A DNA stretch of 54,517 nucleotides, the filler included, from Sphacelaria rigidula (Eukaryota), in assembly GCA_964200075.2 (NCBI GenBank). It is 5 parts of 5 records of this genome, joined end to end, with 100 filler letters (N's around TTAATTAATTAA, not from the genome) between each part and the next. Parts side by side here need not be neighbours in the genome. Positions count along the whole stretch, not along the records: positions 10,926 to 21,749 come from CAXNAA020005851.1; positions 21,850 to 32,672 come from CAXNAA020005852.1; 3 more parts are not named here. One strand, written 5' to 3'. The first letter of the stretch is position 1; every line of letters starts with the position of its first letter. This document shows positions 11,220 to 24,384 of this stretch, piece after piece. The notes under the pieces are model-generated. The model was given only the letters and a program-made list of their open reading frames with translations. It did not search any database and was not told the DNA's origin. A program made the translations under genes and the position numbers.

Positions 11220-11425
11220 AGTTCGACGTCACGGTCGACAAGGAAAATAGACTGAAATCATCTCGCCATTAAAAAATAAGGCAAGTAACGGAAAAGGGAG
11301 GCGGAATACTAGAATTAAAAAAAGTTCTGTGTTGGCTTTCCTCCTGTGCGATCCAGGCTGATTCGCCCACAAATACCAAAAGGTGTAGCGTAGCGTCCAA
11401 ATAGATGGGATGGTGACACAACATT
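11220..11425 (+). mobile_element. degenerate 3' part of SINE family 1
   Basis: Reverse complement of about 28545-28775 (GTTCGAC..CACGGTCGAC; CTGTGTTGGC..TCCTCCTGTG; GGGATG..GACACAAC). Confidence 0.7.
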
Positions 11426-13596
11426 CTTTCGATCGTATTACCCGTCAGTGAGCGCTGAGGGTATTTCTCATGAAGGGGTGTACGGCAGTGGGCAGTCTAA
11501 CTATTTAGGGGTGTTTTGGGGTGATTCTCACGTACTACTCTTCGATAGAAGTCGAAATTGCTAGCGTCGGTAGGTTTTGGTACGACACAACAGATCATCC
11601 TCGAAGCACAGTACCCAAGTCCGTGTATGTTGGTGTCATCAGACGAAACGAGTTAAATACCCCGTTCATCAGGAGGATGTTATTGACCGTGAAACACGGT
11701 TTTTCGGCCCCAGTGCGATGAGTAGGCAGAATATAAAAAAATGAAACTGTATATTTTTTTTCAAATATGACCAGGACGGGCTCGATCGACCGAAAATACA
11801 GAAGAATAAAAATCTGGGCTGAAACGTGGCAGGACCCCTGATGACCGGTCAGCCCGTAAGTCGCTCAATATTGAGTACAAATAATTTTTTCTTCTGAAAA
11901 TGTAGGGCGGATACAAATATCTTCAGATCCCCGATGTGATGAGCGGTGGCAAGCGAGAAGAGCCCAAGAAAATGGCCAGTTACGAAAAATCCACAAAATG
12001 CCACAAAATGAATAGTTAGACCGCCCACTACTGTAGTCATGAGGGTCCCATACACAGCATACTTGACGGCGAAAGATGGGTGCCATAATTCCACGGTGGT
12101 GCCATCAAAATATACGAAGAGGCAATGTCGTGAGATATTTTTTCGACGGACTGAGAAAGTCCACCTTTTGATACTTGAGGCAACCGTCTTCAGTCGTACT
12201 TGACGTCACACCCAAGTCAAGAAACACTGTACGAAGCGAACAAATTTCACATGGCGATCAGTCACCTTGGGACAGCTGTGCCGAGCAAGCAAGTCGTTCG
12301 ACCCTCTTCAACAAGGTGTCGAGGGTACTGTAATTTGGCTCTGTATGCTCCAGGATCTACAAGCAACACGAGTGCTGCACCACGTGTACCAGATGCAGAG
12401 ATGGCAACTGTCACGGTTCTCGTCCCCATCTCGCGGACTAGAGAGGCAAAGTGCCCAACTTGCAACCAAGTCGTTAGTCTGTGATTCACAAAATGTTAGA
12501 TTACACTTCACTCCACAAGAAGTGTCCGACACCGGAAAAGCACAAAATCATACAAATTGAAGTGCAACGTGATCAGAATGGCTACACGGCTAAAATGCCG
12601 CCTATAATATTACCTGTACAGACCCTCACTTTGAGACGCGTCGAAATTGGTCCACCCGTTGTCTAACTACATCTAACCAACAAGATCGCAGCTCTCTGCG
12701 CACCACCTCTATAACTCAGTGCACGCAGGAGCGCTACCCGGTTCCTCGGAAACATCCCAAGCAAAAAACTGAAACAGGGACCCCAACCCAATCGACAACC
12801 GCCCAACCCACCGCAGGCACACGACCTCTACGTACCCCGTATGCCCCACTGGTCACTTTTCACACAAGACACAAGACACGATCACGTCTATTTTCATGAA
12901 ATTTCGACTCCTAGTTGGGAAGGGAGGGACAAGAAAAAAAGAAAGGCAGGCCGCTTGCGATTTTTACCACGCACGATCGCTCGCCACACCTGTTCTTGGA
13001 TAGGTTTACAAACCAACGTATAAACGATACATTCTCGGTACTGCGAAAGTTCAGTAAAGACTCACCACCGCTTTCATCGTTTAGCTGCCACCCATTACAC
13101 TACTGCGACACAAAAATCTATGAAAAGAAGTGTGGCTTCGACATCACGCACATCTTCAAATTTGCAGACGAGCTAGCTCTTACACCAAACGAAGCTCCCG
13201 ATCTCCTCTTTAGTTGCTGCATCAGGTCATCATTTCTTTCCAAGTCTGAAGCGCAACTGTCTGTTTGAAGTTCGTAAAAAACCATTATGAACATTCTATC
13301 TTGGTAAGTCTATACAAGGCCGAAACTACAAAACTAGCTCCTTGCAAAAACTCGGCAAAATGTACGGTATATAGTAAACGTGTTGCCCGCCTCCGCCAGC
13401 CTCCAATACCGCCTAAAGTTAGCAAAACATTACTGTATATGAACGAGGGGGGTGCGTCGGCACAGGCTCGGGTTTAGTCAACCGCACGATTAAAAAAGTA
13501 CACGGAAATGCACACGTCCGTCCCCACAAACCGTTGACACGTCTTCCCGCGAGTGGCCTTGGTCGTTCGCTTGTGCAAAAGGCAGAAGCCAGCATT

Positions 13597-14484
13597 TCAG
13601 CACACTTCACGAGGCAGGATGTAGCGCTCCAGTACCTGGCGCGATGTCCAAAACGCAGGGGATGAACCGCGCGACGAAGAAGACGACCGTGATGATGATG
13701 ATCCGCCGTCGTTGCTGTTGCTCGTCCCTCCGCCGCCTCTTGTCCCCGCACCCCTCGAGGCCAGGAGTAATGCCGCATCGGCAGCGTCCCGGTGTTCGCT
13801 CGCGGCCTCATCGCCCGATTCCGAACTGCCTCGACTTTCCGAGGTAGTGCTGCCGTAGTCAGACCAAATTCGGCTGCGCACCGAGGAACTTCCTCCGCCA
13901 CTGCTATTACCAATTCCGCTGCAGCTGGCACCACAGTTGTTATCGTAGCTGTAGCCATCACTCTGTCCGCCTTCGTGAACCTGGTGCTGGTAGGGCACAG
14001 TCACGCGGGATCGCTTCGCAGATCTCGACTGCGCGGCCTCCATGAACGCGCATAGCTTACTCGCGTCTTCGAGTGCCTCACCAGGTGACGTCAAGGTGAT
14101 CGATTTTGACTCCGAAACTGGCAAAGCCGATGGCGAAGCAGCGGAAAGTTGCGTCCTGCCAGTAGTGCTTGCGGAGGAAGGCGGGGGATACGACGACGGA
14201 GTCGAAGATATGGAGGAGCTCTGCCGGAAGGGCCGCGAAGGCGCCTTGGACACTGCAGCAGCCCTCGCGGGGGCTGGGACGGTAGTTGTCGCCGGCGTTG
14301 TGTTCGCCGGCGCCTTCGTGCCCTGAGTTTTCCCCTCTGCAAACTCCCACAGAGCGGCGAGGTACTCGGGTAAAGGTTCTTCCGGGATCATGTCTTGCCC
14401 GCCGGCGGTTGGATTGTGGGGGCCATCAGGGAGGCGGATTCCTGATGCACGGATTTCGGCCTCCATTTGAGCATTCTCCACTTT
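13597..14484 (-). CDS. double-bZIP transcription factor, exon 2 (terminal)
   Basis: Acceptor CTGCAG|AAAGTG at 14485/14484, phase 0. KVENAQMEAEI completes the second leucine zipper, followed by a Ser/Gly/Ala-rich tail and TGA at 13597-99. Confidence 0.85.
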   Translation of the reverse strand, partial: KVENAQMEAEIRASGIRLPDGPHNPTAGGQDMIPEEPLPEYLAALWEFAEGKTQGTKAPANTTPATTTVPAPARAAAVSKAPSRPFRQSSSISSTPSSYPPPSSASTTGRTQLSAASPSALPVSESKSITLTSPGEALEDASKLCAFMEAAQSRSAKRSRVTVPYQHQVHEGGQSDGYSYDNNCGASCSGIGNSSGGGSSSVRSRIWSDYGSTTSESRGSSESGDEAASEHRDAADAALLLASRGAGTRGGGGTSNSNDGGSSSSRSSSSSRGSSPAFWTSRQVLERYILPREVC

Positions 14485-16835
14485 CTGCAGTCGAGCAACA
14501 GCGAGGGAGGGTTGTAGTCAATTGCTTGGCTACCTGAAACAGCAGGCATCAACGCAGATTTCCAATCCCTAGAACTAATGGTATGCTCGGGGATCGATGA
14601 GGTCATATTTTGGAGAATTTCAAGACGAGTATGACGAGGGACAAAACTCCAGGACGGGCCACGGGCGATGTAGAAAACGTTTGAACCCCTTCAACAGCAA
14701 GAGGATCAAATTTTGCATCCCAGTATTTCTTCCTCCCGGTGTATGGAAATAGCAGTTTGGTGCCTCGCTTCCGTAGGGTTCATGTATGAGAGCTTCATAC
14801 CCACGACAGCGTGGTCGGAGTAGATGAGCCACAATATGTTCCCACTTCTTTTTGGTTATTTACGATTGGGTATGAGTGTGGCTTTTGCGCAAGACATTTT
14901 CAACCGAAGCCCTGTTGTCGAAGACGGCCTTTCTATTTTCTTTTGTTTGCTTTGTTTGTTTTGTGCTTCCCTTCTCTCCATGATTTCTTCCTCTCTACGC
15001 TGTCTTCTCGAGACAGGAAACAAAACAAGGGGGAAGAGTGACAAGGGTCCAGAGGCAACATGTTGATACATCACGCGGGTTCATGGTTGCGGCGACTAGT
15101 CATCATGCTGCTTTCGGACTCTTGTTCCTTCTACAGCTTCTTGACATGGTCTCGATAAGATACAGCACTAAGTATTTTCTTCATCTAATCTGTTTCATCT
15201 TTCTGTTCTTATCTCGAGTATGTCAGTCATCCAACGAGGGTTGAATATATGAGGGAAATCAAGGTGCGACAATCGATCAATCGATCAATCAAATAACGAA
15301 ATGAACCACTTCGCTAATCCGCGACGAATCCAGCCCTTGTTGCGGTTGCTCGGTCACATTATGCACTCCCACCCCCACCCAGGTGGGAGTAGGGAGGACC
15401 CTTCGAATCAACCATTCAAAAAACGGGAAGTTCTCACGTATCCAACCGTTGGCTCCCATCTGGAGATGGCACTGAGCGTAGTCGCACCAGCCTCAGCTAT
15501 CAGCCCCTAGGCCGCGAGGGTAGTCCATCTTGATTATACTTTTGCCAAGTGAAATTGATGACGATTCGACATACGACCTACTGTGCTGTCGAGGGTTATC
15601 TAGCATGACATCAATACAGCTCCCCCCACCAGCCAGCCTGTGCATACACGCCGCGTAGCAAACTTCCTGCCGACGAGAACCTCAAACACGTGTACAGGGC
15701 AAAACATGCCCAAATACCCCAACACAACACAAACACAACACCACACCACTATACCATCACGGCGTTTGCCCGTAACCAAACATTAGGCGGGCACATTGGT
15801 TCCGTCGGCCCACTGGTTGCTCCGTTCCACTTGCACACAAGCAAACTCAGACGACAACGATTCGAGATGCTGTCACCAGCTGACAAGTCTCATGACAACC
15901 GTCTCCAGGATCTCACAAAACCTGGACGCTCTGGCGGAGATGGTAGGTTAACTGAACAACTGGCATCAATTTCACTTCAAATAAGTGCGCATGATGTAGA
16001 TGGACTACCCTCGCGGCATATGAAGGGTCAATCGATACGCCGTTAGTTTCACTCAACCCGAGATGCACTCGGCTGTTTTGCACCTTGCTGCTTCTACCAA
16101 ATTGAGAACCTCTTGACGACCATAATAGGTCATCTGTTGGATCGGCCTCATTATATTCGAAAAAAGGCACAGATGACCCAGATGGACTACCCTCGCGGCC
16201 AAAGCGACCACGCAGGTCAAGGTGTTGTGAAATGGCCTTTGCATACTTGACCGGTCATGTATCTGGGAAAATTCTACCGGCTCCTACAAGAAATACATCC
16301 GATTCGCCCCGGAGACAGAATCGACCAATTTGTCACCACAGATACGAGCTGGGCTCGCCTGAAATTCCATTAATCTCTAGTAGACGGAATTTTTTCAATT
16401 TTCTCCACCACCCTGATATGAGTGAATTGCCGTGACGTGCAGACCAACCTGCTGATGCACGCTCTGCCGTAAAAATAAAAAGGTAGAAAAATAATGAAAT
16501 AAATGTGCTGAATAATATATGACCCGAACGTCGGAACCAGATTCGGAAAAAAAACTGATTTATCGGAATCCGAACTCATGATCTTACGTCTTTGTGGAAG
16601 TCTTATATCAGCTAGACAAATGGGTGCAAGGGTGTCACGAAATGGTATGCACCGCCCAATTCGAGGTTTGAGCTGAAATTTTGCACCCACGTTTTTTTCA
16701 ACACAACACCCAGAAACGCGTTGCCTTCATCATTGTTGTTTTTGTCCAAGGACGGTGAAAAACAGACTAGTCCAGAGAAAGTGTGGCGGTGGCGTTTTTT
16801 TTCAAACATTTTTTTTCAAACATGATGTTTGGCCG

Positions 16836-17010
16836 TGGTTTGGCCAAAATTAAAACTGAGGCCACCGGAAAACGGGAAGATGTCCTGGAACCGCCTCAAC
16901 TGCTATAATAGAGCAAGTCATTCCAAGGTGTCACACTCCGCCCAGCTCTCTATTGGGGCATTAAACGACCTGGAAGCTCAAAGAAGGCAATTCCCAGATT
17001 TTCATTTCCG
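16836..17010. mobile_element. single arm of fold-back family F inside the bZIP intron
   Basis: GTTTGGCCAAAATTAAAACTGAGGCCACCGGAAAACG...GAGCAAGTCATTCCAAGGTGTCACACTCCGCCCAGCTCTC matches 7687-7795. Confidence 0.75.
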
Positions 17011-18373
17011 TCTGTTGTACGGAACGGCCTGAAGCGGGGAAAAAAAAACTCCACATCTTCTAGAAAAGAACACCGGCAGAAAAAGGAAGGAAAAGAGTAG
17101 ATGAAGCAAGGGGGTTAGCATGGCCACCAAGCGAGGGTCAAGGGAAAAACAACCCCAGGCACCCTCACATGTTCGGAAAGACGGCAGATACACTGGCAAG
17201 TGTACTACCCGATGGACTACTGGTTGCTTACGACGATCCTCGGTAGGAACTGGGGGAGCTCCAGTGGTAGCACAGGAAGCAGTTTCTCAGCATGGCGTGC
17301 TCCAAGCTTCAGCAACATTGATCCATAAGCATTCTGTATATATTTGTTGACTTATTCATGACCTTTCAAAATTTCGTCAAATTCTTCAACTGGCTCTGAT
17401 TTGCCATGTTCCCCTTTTCTTCTCGCCAAGGCATCACGTTTTCGCATTTTGATATAAATCTTGTGTCGAAATACTCAGCTGCTGACTCTCAGAGACAGGC
17501 GATGTAAAGTGGGTCAAGCGCCAGAAAATGCTTCAAGCTGGCCGAGGTCGCGGTAGACACCCAGGACACACCCAAGATAAATGGACACAACACTCGCGAA
17601 AGGAACTCGACAGAGGATCCACCTTCCCACACATCGAGTGTTCGTCAAGCGCAAGTCACGCAGCATACATCACCACAACACTTTGAAGTCAACTGAACAC
17701 GGGCATAGGCGAGGGAAGGGGCATTGATCGTTTTCCTGGCTGAGGTGGACGTTGTTCATGGACCACAGCACGCTGCGGACGCCACTAAACTGCTCTGCCG
17801 GCGAACGTGTACTGTTCACAGTACGGTCACAAAAGCAACGTATACAGAAATACGTAGTATAGAATGTATCTTTGTTGTGGTGTCTGACTCGCGCATACAC
17901 GAATGGCATAGCGCGGGCGAACAGACTGGCTGAGTTGTGCAATATCTCAGACGAACATGAGGTACAGTACAGTGGACTCATGCACGCCTCACGTGTATAC
18001 GATCATCTCGACATCCTGAGGGCATCACACGCGTTGAAGACAAGATCCAGCAAGCGCAACGAGGACAAAATTTCGTCGGTTTGGGTTGGGGGAAGACAAA
18101 AAAAGAGCCAGTTAGTCGGTGACACCCCAAACGAGTAAGGTGGTGAGGGTGGTGTGGATCGCGCTGAAAAATCACGTTGGATGTAGTGTACTATTGAATA
18201 TATTGACGTCAGCTGTTTGCGGAACAAAAAAAGTGCCCCTCATCGACCATCACACTTTTGAACGGGTGCGTGCGTGTCTTGACCCTCGAAATACGTACAC
18301 ACACCCCCAAGAGCGGAACAAAACCTTTTGAAATAAGAAATAAGTGACTTGACTACAGCACCTTCCTCCTCAC

Positions 18374-19189
18374 CATTTTGTTGATCATGACGCTGCAAGC
18401 CTCGACGAACAGCTTCTTGCGGTTTCTTGTGCGCTTGGCGTGCATCCTGTTTCTCTCACGCCGCAATGCCGTCCTGTCTGCCAAGGTACCCTTTTGGGCA
18501 CTCGCACTGGCTACACCCCCTCCCTTGGGGCCACCATTTTTTTCATCCAAAGCACCACCACCAGTGACACCACCATCTTCAGCGCCGTGCTGCCCTCCGT
18601 CCATACTCTCAAACTCCTGAGTGATCTTGCGTAGGGTTTCGTCGTGTGACGCTAGCTCGCGGCTCCAATCCCTGGCAACTGGCGCGGCCGTGGTAGATGC
18701 AGGATGTTGTCGAGATGGTGTGCCCTGGACACACCTCGAGGGTGAGCAGCTGAGGGCGAGCAACACACCAGCGGTGCGGTGCTCCTGCACATGTTGCAGC
18801 AGGCGTTGACGCTCCTGGCGCAAGCCCCAAATTTTGAGCTGCAGCTCTTGCACGTGCTGCTTTTTGCGTTGGCGAGTCTTGCGGGCGTGCAGGCGATTGC
18901 GCTCTCTGTTGCGCGCCTTTCGGTCTTCTGCCGACATTCTTTTTCTTTTGCCGTTTGAGCTGTTGTCGTCGTCGCTGCTGTTTTCCTCTTCGGCTTCTGC
19001 GCGGTCCGTGCTACCTCGGACGCCGCTGTGTCGCTGGTGTTCGCACGATGATGCTGCGCTGCCTGCGCGCGACCAGCGCGTGTCTTCATCTTCTGAAGCT
19101 GAATCCGCGGCTGCACGAGTTGCTTTCGATGCTCCTGTATCGGCCACCGCCAGACCGAGCAGTTTCCCTGCTACGTCGATCATTTCCAT
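18374..19189 (-). CDS. double-bZIP transcription factor, exon 1
   Basis: ATG at 19189. Two basic regions with the bZIP N-x7-R signature: RNRERNRLHARKTRQRKK followed by an L-heptad zipper, and RRERNRMHAKRTRNRKK. Donor AAAATG|GTGAGG at 18374/18373; 816 nt, phase 0. Confidence 0.9.
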
Positions 19190-19400
19190 TTTGATGCCCG
19201 AACTCCCACCTATCTTCGACCCAATGTCAGCAAAAATAGGCCGCCTCGTGTTCTGTGCCTAAAATATATGATCGATTCCTGATGCGAAAAAGCGGAGAGA
19301 GTAGCGAACGAGACACGGAGATTAATGGGAATGCATTGGATCAATAGGCGGAGCATGGACTATGGTAGTACCCACGCGACCGGACTGGAAGTCAAAATTG

Positions 19401-19407
19401 TGAGTCA
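19401..19407. promoter_or_regulatory. AP-1/TRE-type site TGAGTCA upstream of the bZIP gene
   Basis: Exact TGAGTCA 212 bp upstream of the ATG. GAGTCATG also occurs at about 19461, and the palindrome GAGTCATGACTC at 19634-19645. Function is inference only. Confidence 0.3.
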
Positions 19408-19889
19408 TGAGTAAGAGAGGAAACTGGTGCACAGGATGACAAGGTTGAGCCTAGCTAGTCGAGTCATGGGCTGGATGACACCTGTCACAGTCAGAACAAA
19501 AGTATTTCAGTGTAGTACGTATATCGATCATTGTGTTAGGTGTCACGACGCACAAGTTGTGGCAACTGGACGAGAGCACGTGCTGCAAACCAACCTACAG
19601 TTGACACGATGGGGATATTGAGAATTTGGGGGGGAGTCATGACTCGTAGACAACACTGACACATAGCTTGGTAACCGGTGGTGTTGATGCTGGGCTTATC
19701 ACGACCCTTGGGTAATTTTCATGGACAACATGCCTCGCTCCTAGTCATTCATGTCACCTGACTGTCGAGATGCGTGACTTGACTTTTGGTTATACTAAGA
19801 GTACAACAACGCCAGCTGGCATTTTCGCTGTCCATCAACACTTGCCAACAAGACGAGAAAACGACGACCCTCACCTTTATTTCCTTAAA

Positions 19890-20440
19890 GTTCAAGCCTG
19901 TGTCGAGAAATCAACGTAAAGACGATGTGTGCTGTCTCATTTCTTGAAGAAGAGTTATTTTAGCGGTGCTCCACTGTTGTGTGCGGGCGCTTCGCTGAAC
20001 TGTACTGGACAAAACAGCCACAACACAAGAAATACTGTGCGTTGGGAAAATTTAAATAGTCTCCGCGGCATCTGCCTGGTCGTTACTAAAATGTCTGGTC
20101 GTCACAGTGATTCACTAAAATAAAGGATTTTCATTGGCCCATTTATACCGTGGTCATACCATGGTCGTTGCTGGTTGATACTTCGGTTGAACTTGGGCAT
20201 GGTCGTTGTAAATTCTGCAAGCAAATGGAGCTGGGGCCGACGGGGCGGGACGAAGCAAACACACAGAGAATAGGATTATATAACGGACGTCTTAAGTTTG
20301 ATGTTGGTGTCTCTTTCGTTTGGTAGGATAGCAGTACTGTGTGAGCCAATCGCGTGTTTGTTGCTTTATCGCTGCATGTAGACCAGCTTGGCAATCGACA
20401 GGGCCCGGCTTTTCGATTCGGAGCCCGTGAAACGGCCATG
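19890..20440 (-). pseudogene. possible highly decayed non-LTR reverse transcriptase remnant
   Basis: Across frameshifts, in the expected order: APNRKAGP (cf. KAPGPDG), VLL..KETPTSNLRRPL (cf. LLxKKGD..NYRPI) and LYVDF (cf. xxDFxKAFD). Similarity is weak. Confidence 0.3.
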
Positions 20441-20768
20441 TTGATGTTTACCCAACGCATTACCGACAGATTGTCACATCCATAATACATGATACCGACG
20501 GCAGAGTTTCTCCCCTGGCTGGACGGAATGCGAATTAATCGTGTGACCTATGCATCGACTCTCTTGACGATCGCAGGAGATTTTGTGTGATCTTCGGCCG
20601 TGCAAGTAGCGGCTATTCACGACATCTAATACCTCAACGTGAATATGATAAGCTTTGTTTGCTCTATATACATGTACCTCGATTCTGTAGTCCATCTTAT
20701 TTGTGTCATGCTGTTGGTTGTTCGAGTTACACGGTGACACGTGTCCATGCACAGGGACGATACTGACT

Positions 20769-20800
20769 GAATCAAATCAATCAATCAATCAATCAATCAA
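20769..20800 (+). repeat. (TCAA)n microsatellite
   Basis: AATCAAATCAATCAATCAATCAATCAATCAA. Confidence 0.9.
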
Positions 20801-21749
20801 CCGACTGTATCACTGTTAGTTCTGCGAGTGGTGTGAGTACAGAAATTAAACTTGAGTCAGGGGATTATCGCTGGTTTGGTATAAACACAATAGCGACTCT
20901 TGGGATAGTAAGCAACTCTAACAAACGTTTTAATTCACTTTAAAAAGCTGGACATTCTAGATGGCTACGAGCACAACAACAGGTCGCAGATACGAGCTGG
21001 ACCGGGCAATGGTCAACGGTTCCTGCTCGCGCTTAGCAAGTGACGCAACACTTCATATGAAGACTCAGGCGCTGAAAAATTTACACGAGATCTTGACGAG
21101 ACTTTCATTATCAAATGAGCAGAAAAGATACTTGTGCTGCGCTTGAACAGATGCAGACGGCTGTAGTTGTATTTTATCTTGATATTGGAAAAGCCAAGTC
21201 TCTGTCGACAAGAGATTTTTGGACACGTGTGCTCCGAGTAAAAAAACTGCAGAGCTCGAGCGGGAATGGTTTGTCCAACCATTAACCAGTTGAATGGTTA
21301 CGCGTAATGCACTCACTAATCAGACAAATTATACATATTATATGGTTTGGTCATCGAGCGGGGCAGCCGCGAGCCAAAAAGCCCCCATCCGGCGGAGAGT
21401 GCCCCGCTGGAGGCGCCGTGCCGGAGACACGTTTTTACAGGATTTGGCGTCACTACAGTACTTCTAGAGCTAAAAATTACGCTACTGTATATTTGGGCCT
21501 TTTTCAAGGGCTGTATGTAGCACACGTAAGGGTAAATAATGGTTTGAAACCAGTACAGGTATCCAAATTTTTCATATAACAATCACAATTATGGCCATTA
21601 TAATGATAATAGCCAGCTATTACTGGTACCATTTCCGAGCTCTAAAAATTTCAGATTACGAGGGGGGGGGGGGGTGTACTCATGATCATGCTTGCCATAG
21701 TCATCAGACCATTGACCGCGCATCCCTACAAAGCCGGGCCGGAGCACGC

Positions 21750-21849
21750 NNNNNNNNNNNNNNNNNNNNNNNNNNNNNNNNNNNNNNNNNNNNTTAATTA
21801 ATTAANNNNNNNNNNNNNNNNNNNNNNNNNNNNNNNNNNNNNNNNNNNN
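21750..21849. other. artificial contig linker
   Basis: N44-TTAATTAATTAA-N44; linker at 21794-21805. Confidence 0.98.
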
Positions 21850-22067
21850 CCCCCGGGGGCGGTGCCCCGTCTCAGAAGGGAGGGGTGGTCAATTGACAAA
21901 ATAAGAAGGGAAGAAAAAAAAGAGCCCCCCCCCCCCCCCCCCCCCTCCCGAGGATTCGCACCGCTCATCCGCGTCATCATGCGTTTGCCACTCCGAGGAT
22001 GGCCCGTGCATGAAATGTGGAGGTCCACGTCTCTTTGCACGACCGAGTTGTTCATGACAAGCAAAAC

Positions 22068-23407
22068 CTCACCGAAAGTTCCTTGCGCGAACATGCCGAG
22101 GTCCTCATCCTTCCGCAGGTACTCAAGCTTCCACTCACAGAGCACGTCATCCTCCTTTCCCTGTGGCCTGAACCCTGCCGGAATGGCAGTTCCTTCCTCC
22201 TCGCCGTCCCCGCTGACCCCGTCGCCAGCAGAAGGCGAACAAAATAGCGGCTCCCCTACACCTGGGACAGCGGCATTGGAGTGTATCGCGACGCCAGTCG
22301 GAACGCCGCCGTGGCCGCCGCCACGAACACCGCCGCCGCTGTTGCCTGTGCTCCCAGCGGAAATCGACCCCGATGGACGCCCGCCAGAAATCGATCCCGA
22401 CGTGCGCCCGCCAGAAATCTCCTCCTCGATGCCGTCGGGATGGCGCATGAGCATCGTCCGGCCCTTCTTCGCAAGGGGCGAGGAAAAAGAGCGCATCATG
22501 GTTCCGAAGAGGGGACCGTCACGAGCACTGCTGGCGGCAGCCGCCCCGCCCGCACCCGCACGATCGCTACCGTAGACGACGCCGGCGCTGCCGGTAGATC
22601 CGCGCGGCCTCTTCGTGATAACGCCCGTCACCGCTGCTGCCCACGAGGACGCGTCCTTTGCAGACCGCAGCGACTCAAATCTCTGCTTGTTGTTGTAGGC
22701 GATGCTGCTGTAGCTCGCCGCTCGAGGTCGCCGCAGTCGCCGCCGACTGCTCGTTCGGCTCAGTGACATGCGCAGGGCAGTACTGCCGCCGCCACCTTCG
22801 CCGGTATGCTGACCGTTGTACCCGCCGCCACCGTCACCGCTAGTATGTGGAAATGTCCTCTCTATCGACGCCGCTCCTTCCGATATCGGCGCACTGTTCA
22901 GACTGATCCCGCTTCCAGGCGTGAGCCGCACGCCGTCACTCCTAGGAGTGGTTCGGGTGTCCCCGTCGCCCGGTGTCATGTTGCCCCCTCCAACCTCTTG
23001 AGTGCTGGACGTTCGGCCAGCTCGACTCGCGGGAGTGTCGCCTTCGACCGTGCTATTTTCCGGGGTGTTGTAGTCTCTAGCGTCATCGAAACATTCACCG
23101 GCCGCTTCGGCCGTCTCCACCGCCGGTGACTCTTGCAGTGGCGTCGACGGCGGAGACGGGGGCGGCGGCGGTGAAAAGTGATCATCGCATGAGGCATCGG
23201 CATCGTGATCCGCCGATACTGTGGACGTGGAAACGGCAGGAGCCCGCACCGGGATCTTTCCGCGCCAACCACTGAAAGCCCTTGGGCGCTTGTTCGCGGG
23301 ACGATACGCCGGAGAAGGGGTATTTGCGGCGTTGTTTGAAGCCGCGCGAGAGGCACCGCCGCCGGGGCCACCTCTGCCAGGATACCCATCGTTGATATGT
23401 TGTTGGC

Positions 23408-23439
<32 letters not shown>

Positions 23440-24384
23440 TGCCACCGTTCTCTGGCTGTGCGGCTCAATCTCCGGAAGGTGTCGCGTCGGGCATTTCCTG
23501 CTCCCTCCCCGGCGTGGTTATCGATGTTATTGACATAATGGTGGCTGTCGGTACGGGCCGGTTCAGCCACAGGATTCGCCCCGACGTCACCTCCACTCGC
23601 TACATGGTCATAAGGAGAACAAGACTTTACATCATACTGTCCACTTCCATCTCGGTCGACCGTCTGTCCATGATTGCTGGGCGAGGAGATACGTTCGATG
23701 TATCCAAACTCTTCTCGTTGCTGCCGTGGCCATTCCATCATCGCGAACCACCCCGCCACTGCTCCGGTCGCCTCGGACCTGCGCAGCCCTGACACATATG
23801 GTCTAGTCGAGCTCTCATTCCTATCATTACGATCACCGTTCCTACCGCCGCCATCATCACTCCCGCGATTGCTATTGCCATTAACATGGGCCGGGCTCTG
23901 TTCGCTATCCCATACAGTACCGCCGCCGCCTCCTCGACCTTTCCTTCGTCGACCGGACGACGTTAGATCGTACTCTCCCGTCGAGGCAGCCGCTGCCGCA
24001 TTCGCCATCCAGTCATGCCCACCCTCTCCCCGTAACGGGGCACCAACGCTACCACCGAGGGAGCCTCCTCTCGCCGCTCCTCCTCTTCTTTGCTCCGGAG
24101 GTGGGTTGGGGTGCTCGCTCCTCGCCCACCACCATCCTCTTGATCGCTGCTGCGCTGCTGCTCCTCTCTGCCTGCCGACTAATCCACCGTTGCTACGGCT
24201 GCCGCTGTTGTGTCTCATGCTAATCAACTTATGCTCGTCCGTCACCGACCCCAGATCGGCAGCGTCCCATGCTGCTTGCGGTATGTACGACATGAGTACA
24301 TCCAGGAGTAGCCACGCGAGGATGCAAATCACCGGGTCGAGCCGCGATTTTTGCCCACCGTACTTGACAAGGGCTTGCCACAAG
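22068..24384 (-). CDS. large internal exon of a membrane-anchored TKL/Raf-like protein kinase (gene truncated by contig end)
   Basis: About 772 open codons. Acceptor GAGCAG|CTTG at 24385/24384. Begins with hydrophobic PVICILAWLLLDVLMSYIP, then a long G/S/R-rich low-complexity region with polyQ, and ends EWKLEYLRKDEDLGMFAQGTFGE (kinase subdomain I). Donor GAG|GTTTTG at 22068; an alternative GTGAG donor lies 5 nt upstream. Confidence 0.8.

Noticed and set aside
14500..17520. Additional exons or a nested gene in the bZIP intron
   Set aside because: Only short stop-interrupted frames and repeat fragments; the direct exon join already gives a continuous zipper.
18374..19189. Aureochrome
   Set aside because: The basic region is similar, but no LOV motif (GRNCRFLQ) is seen in either exon or in the intron ORFs.
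21798..22067. 861-aa ORF as a single-exon protein
   Set aside because: It starts at a TTG just inside a splice acceptor and runs past a donor into intron and N sequence; it is an internal exon.
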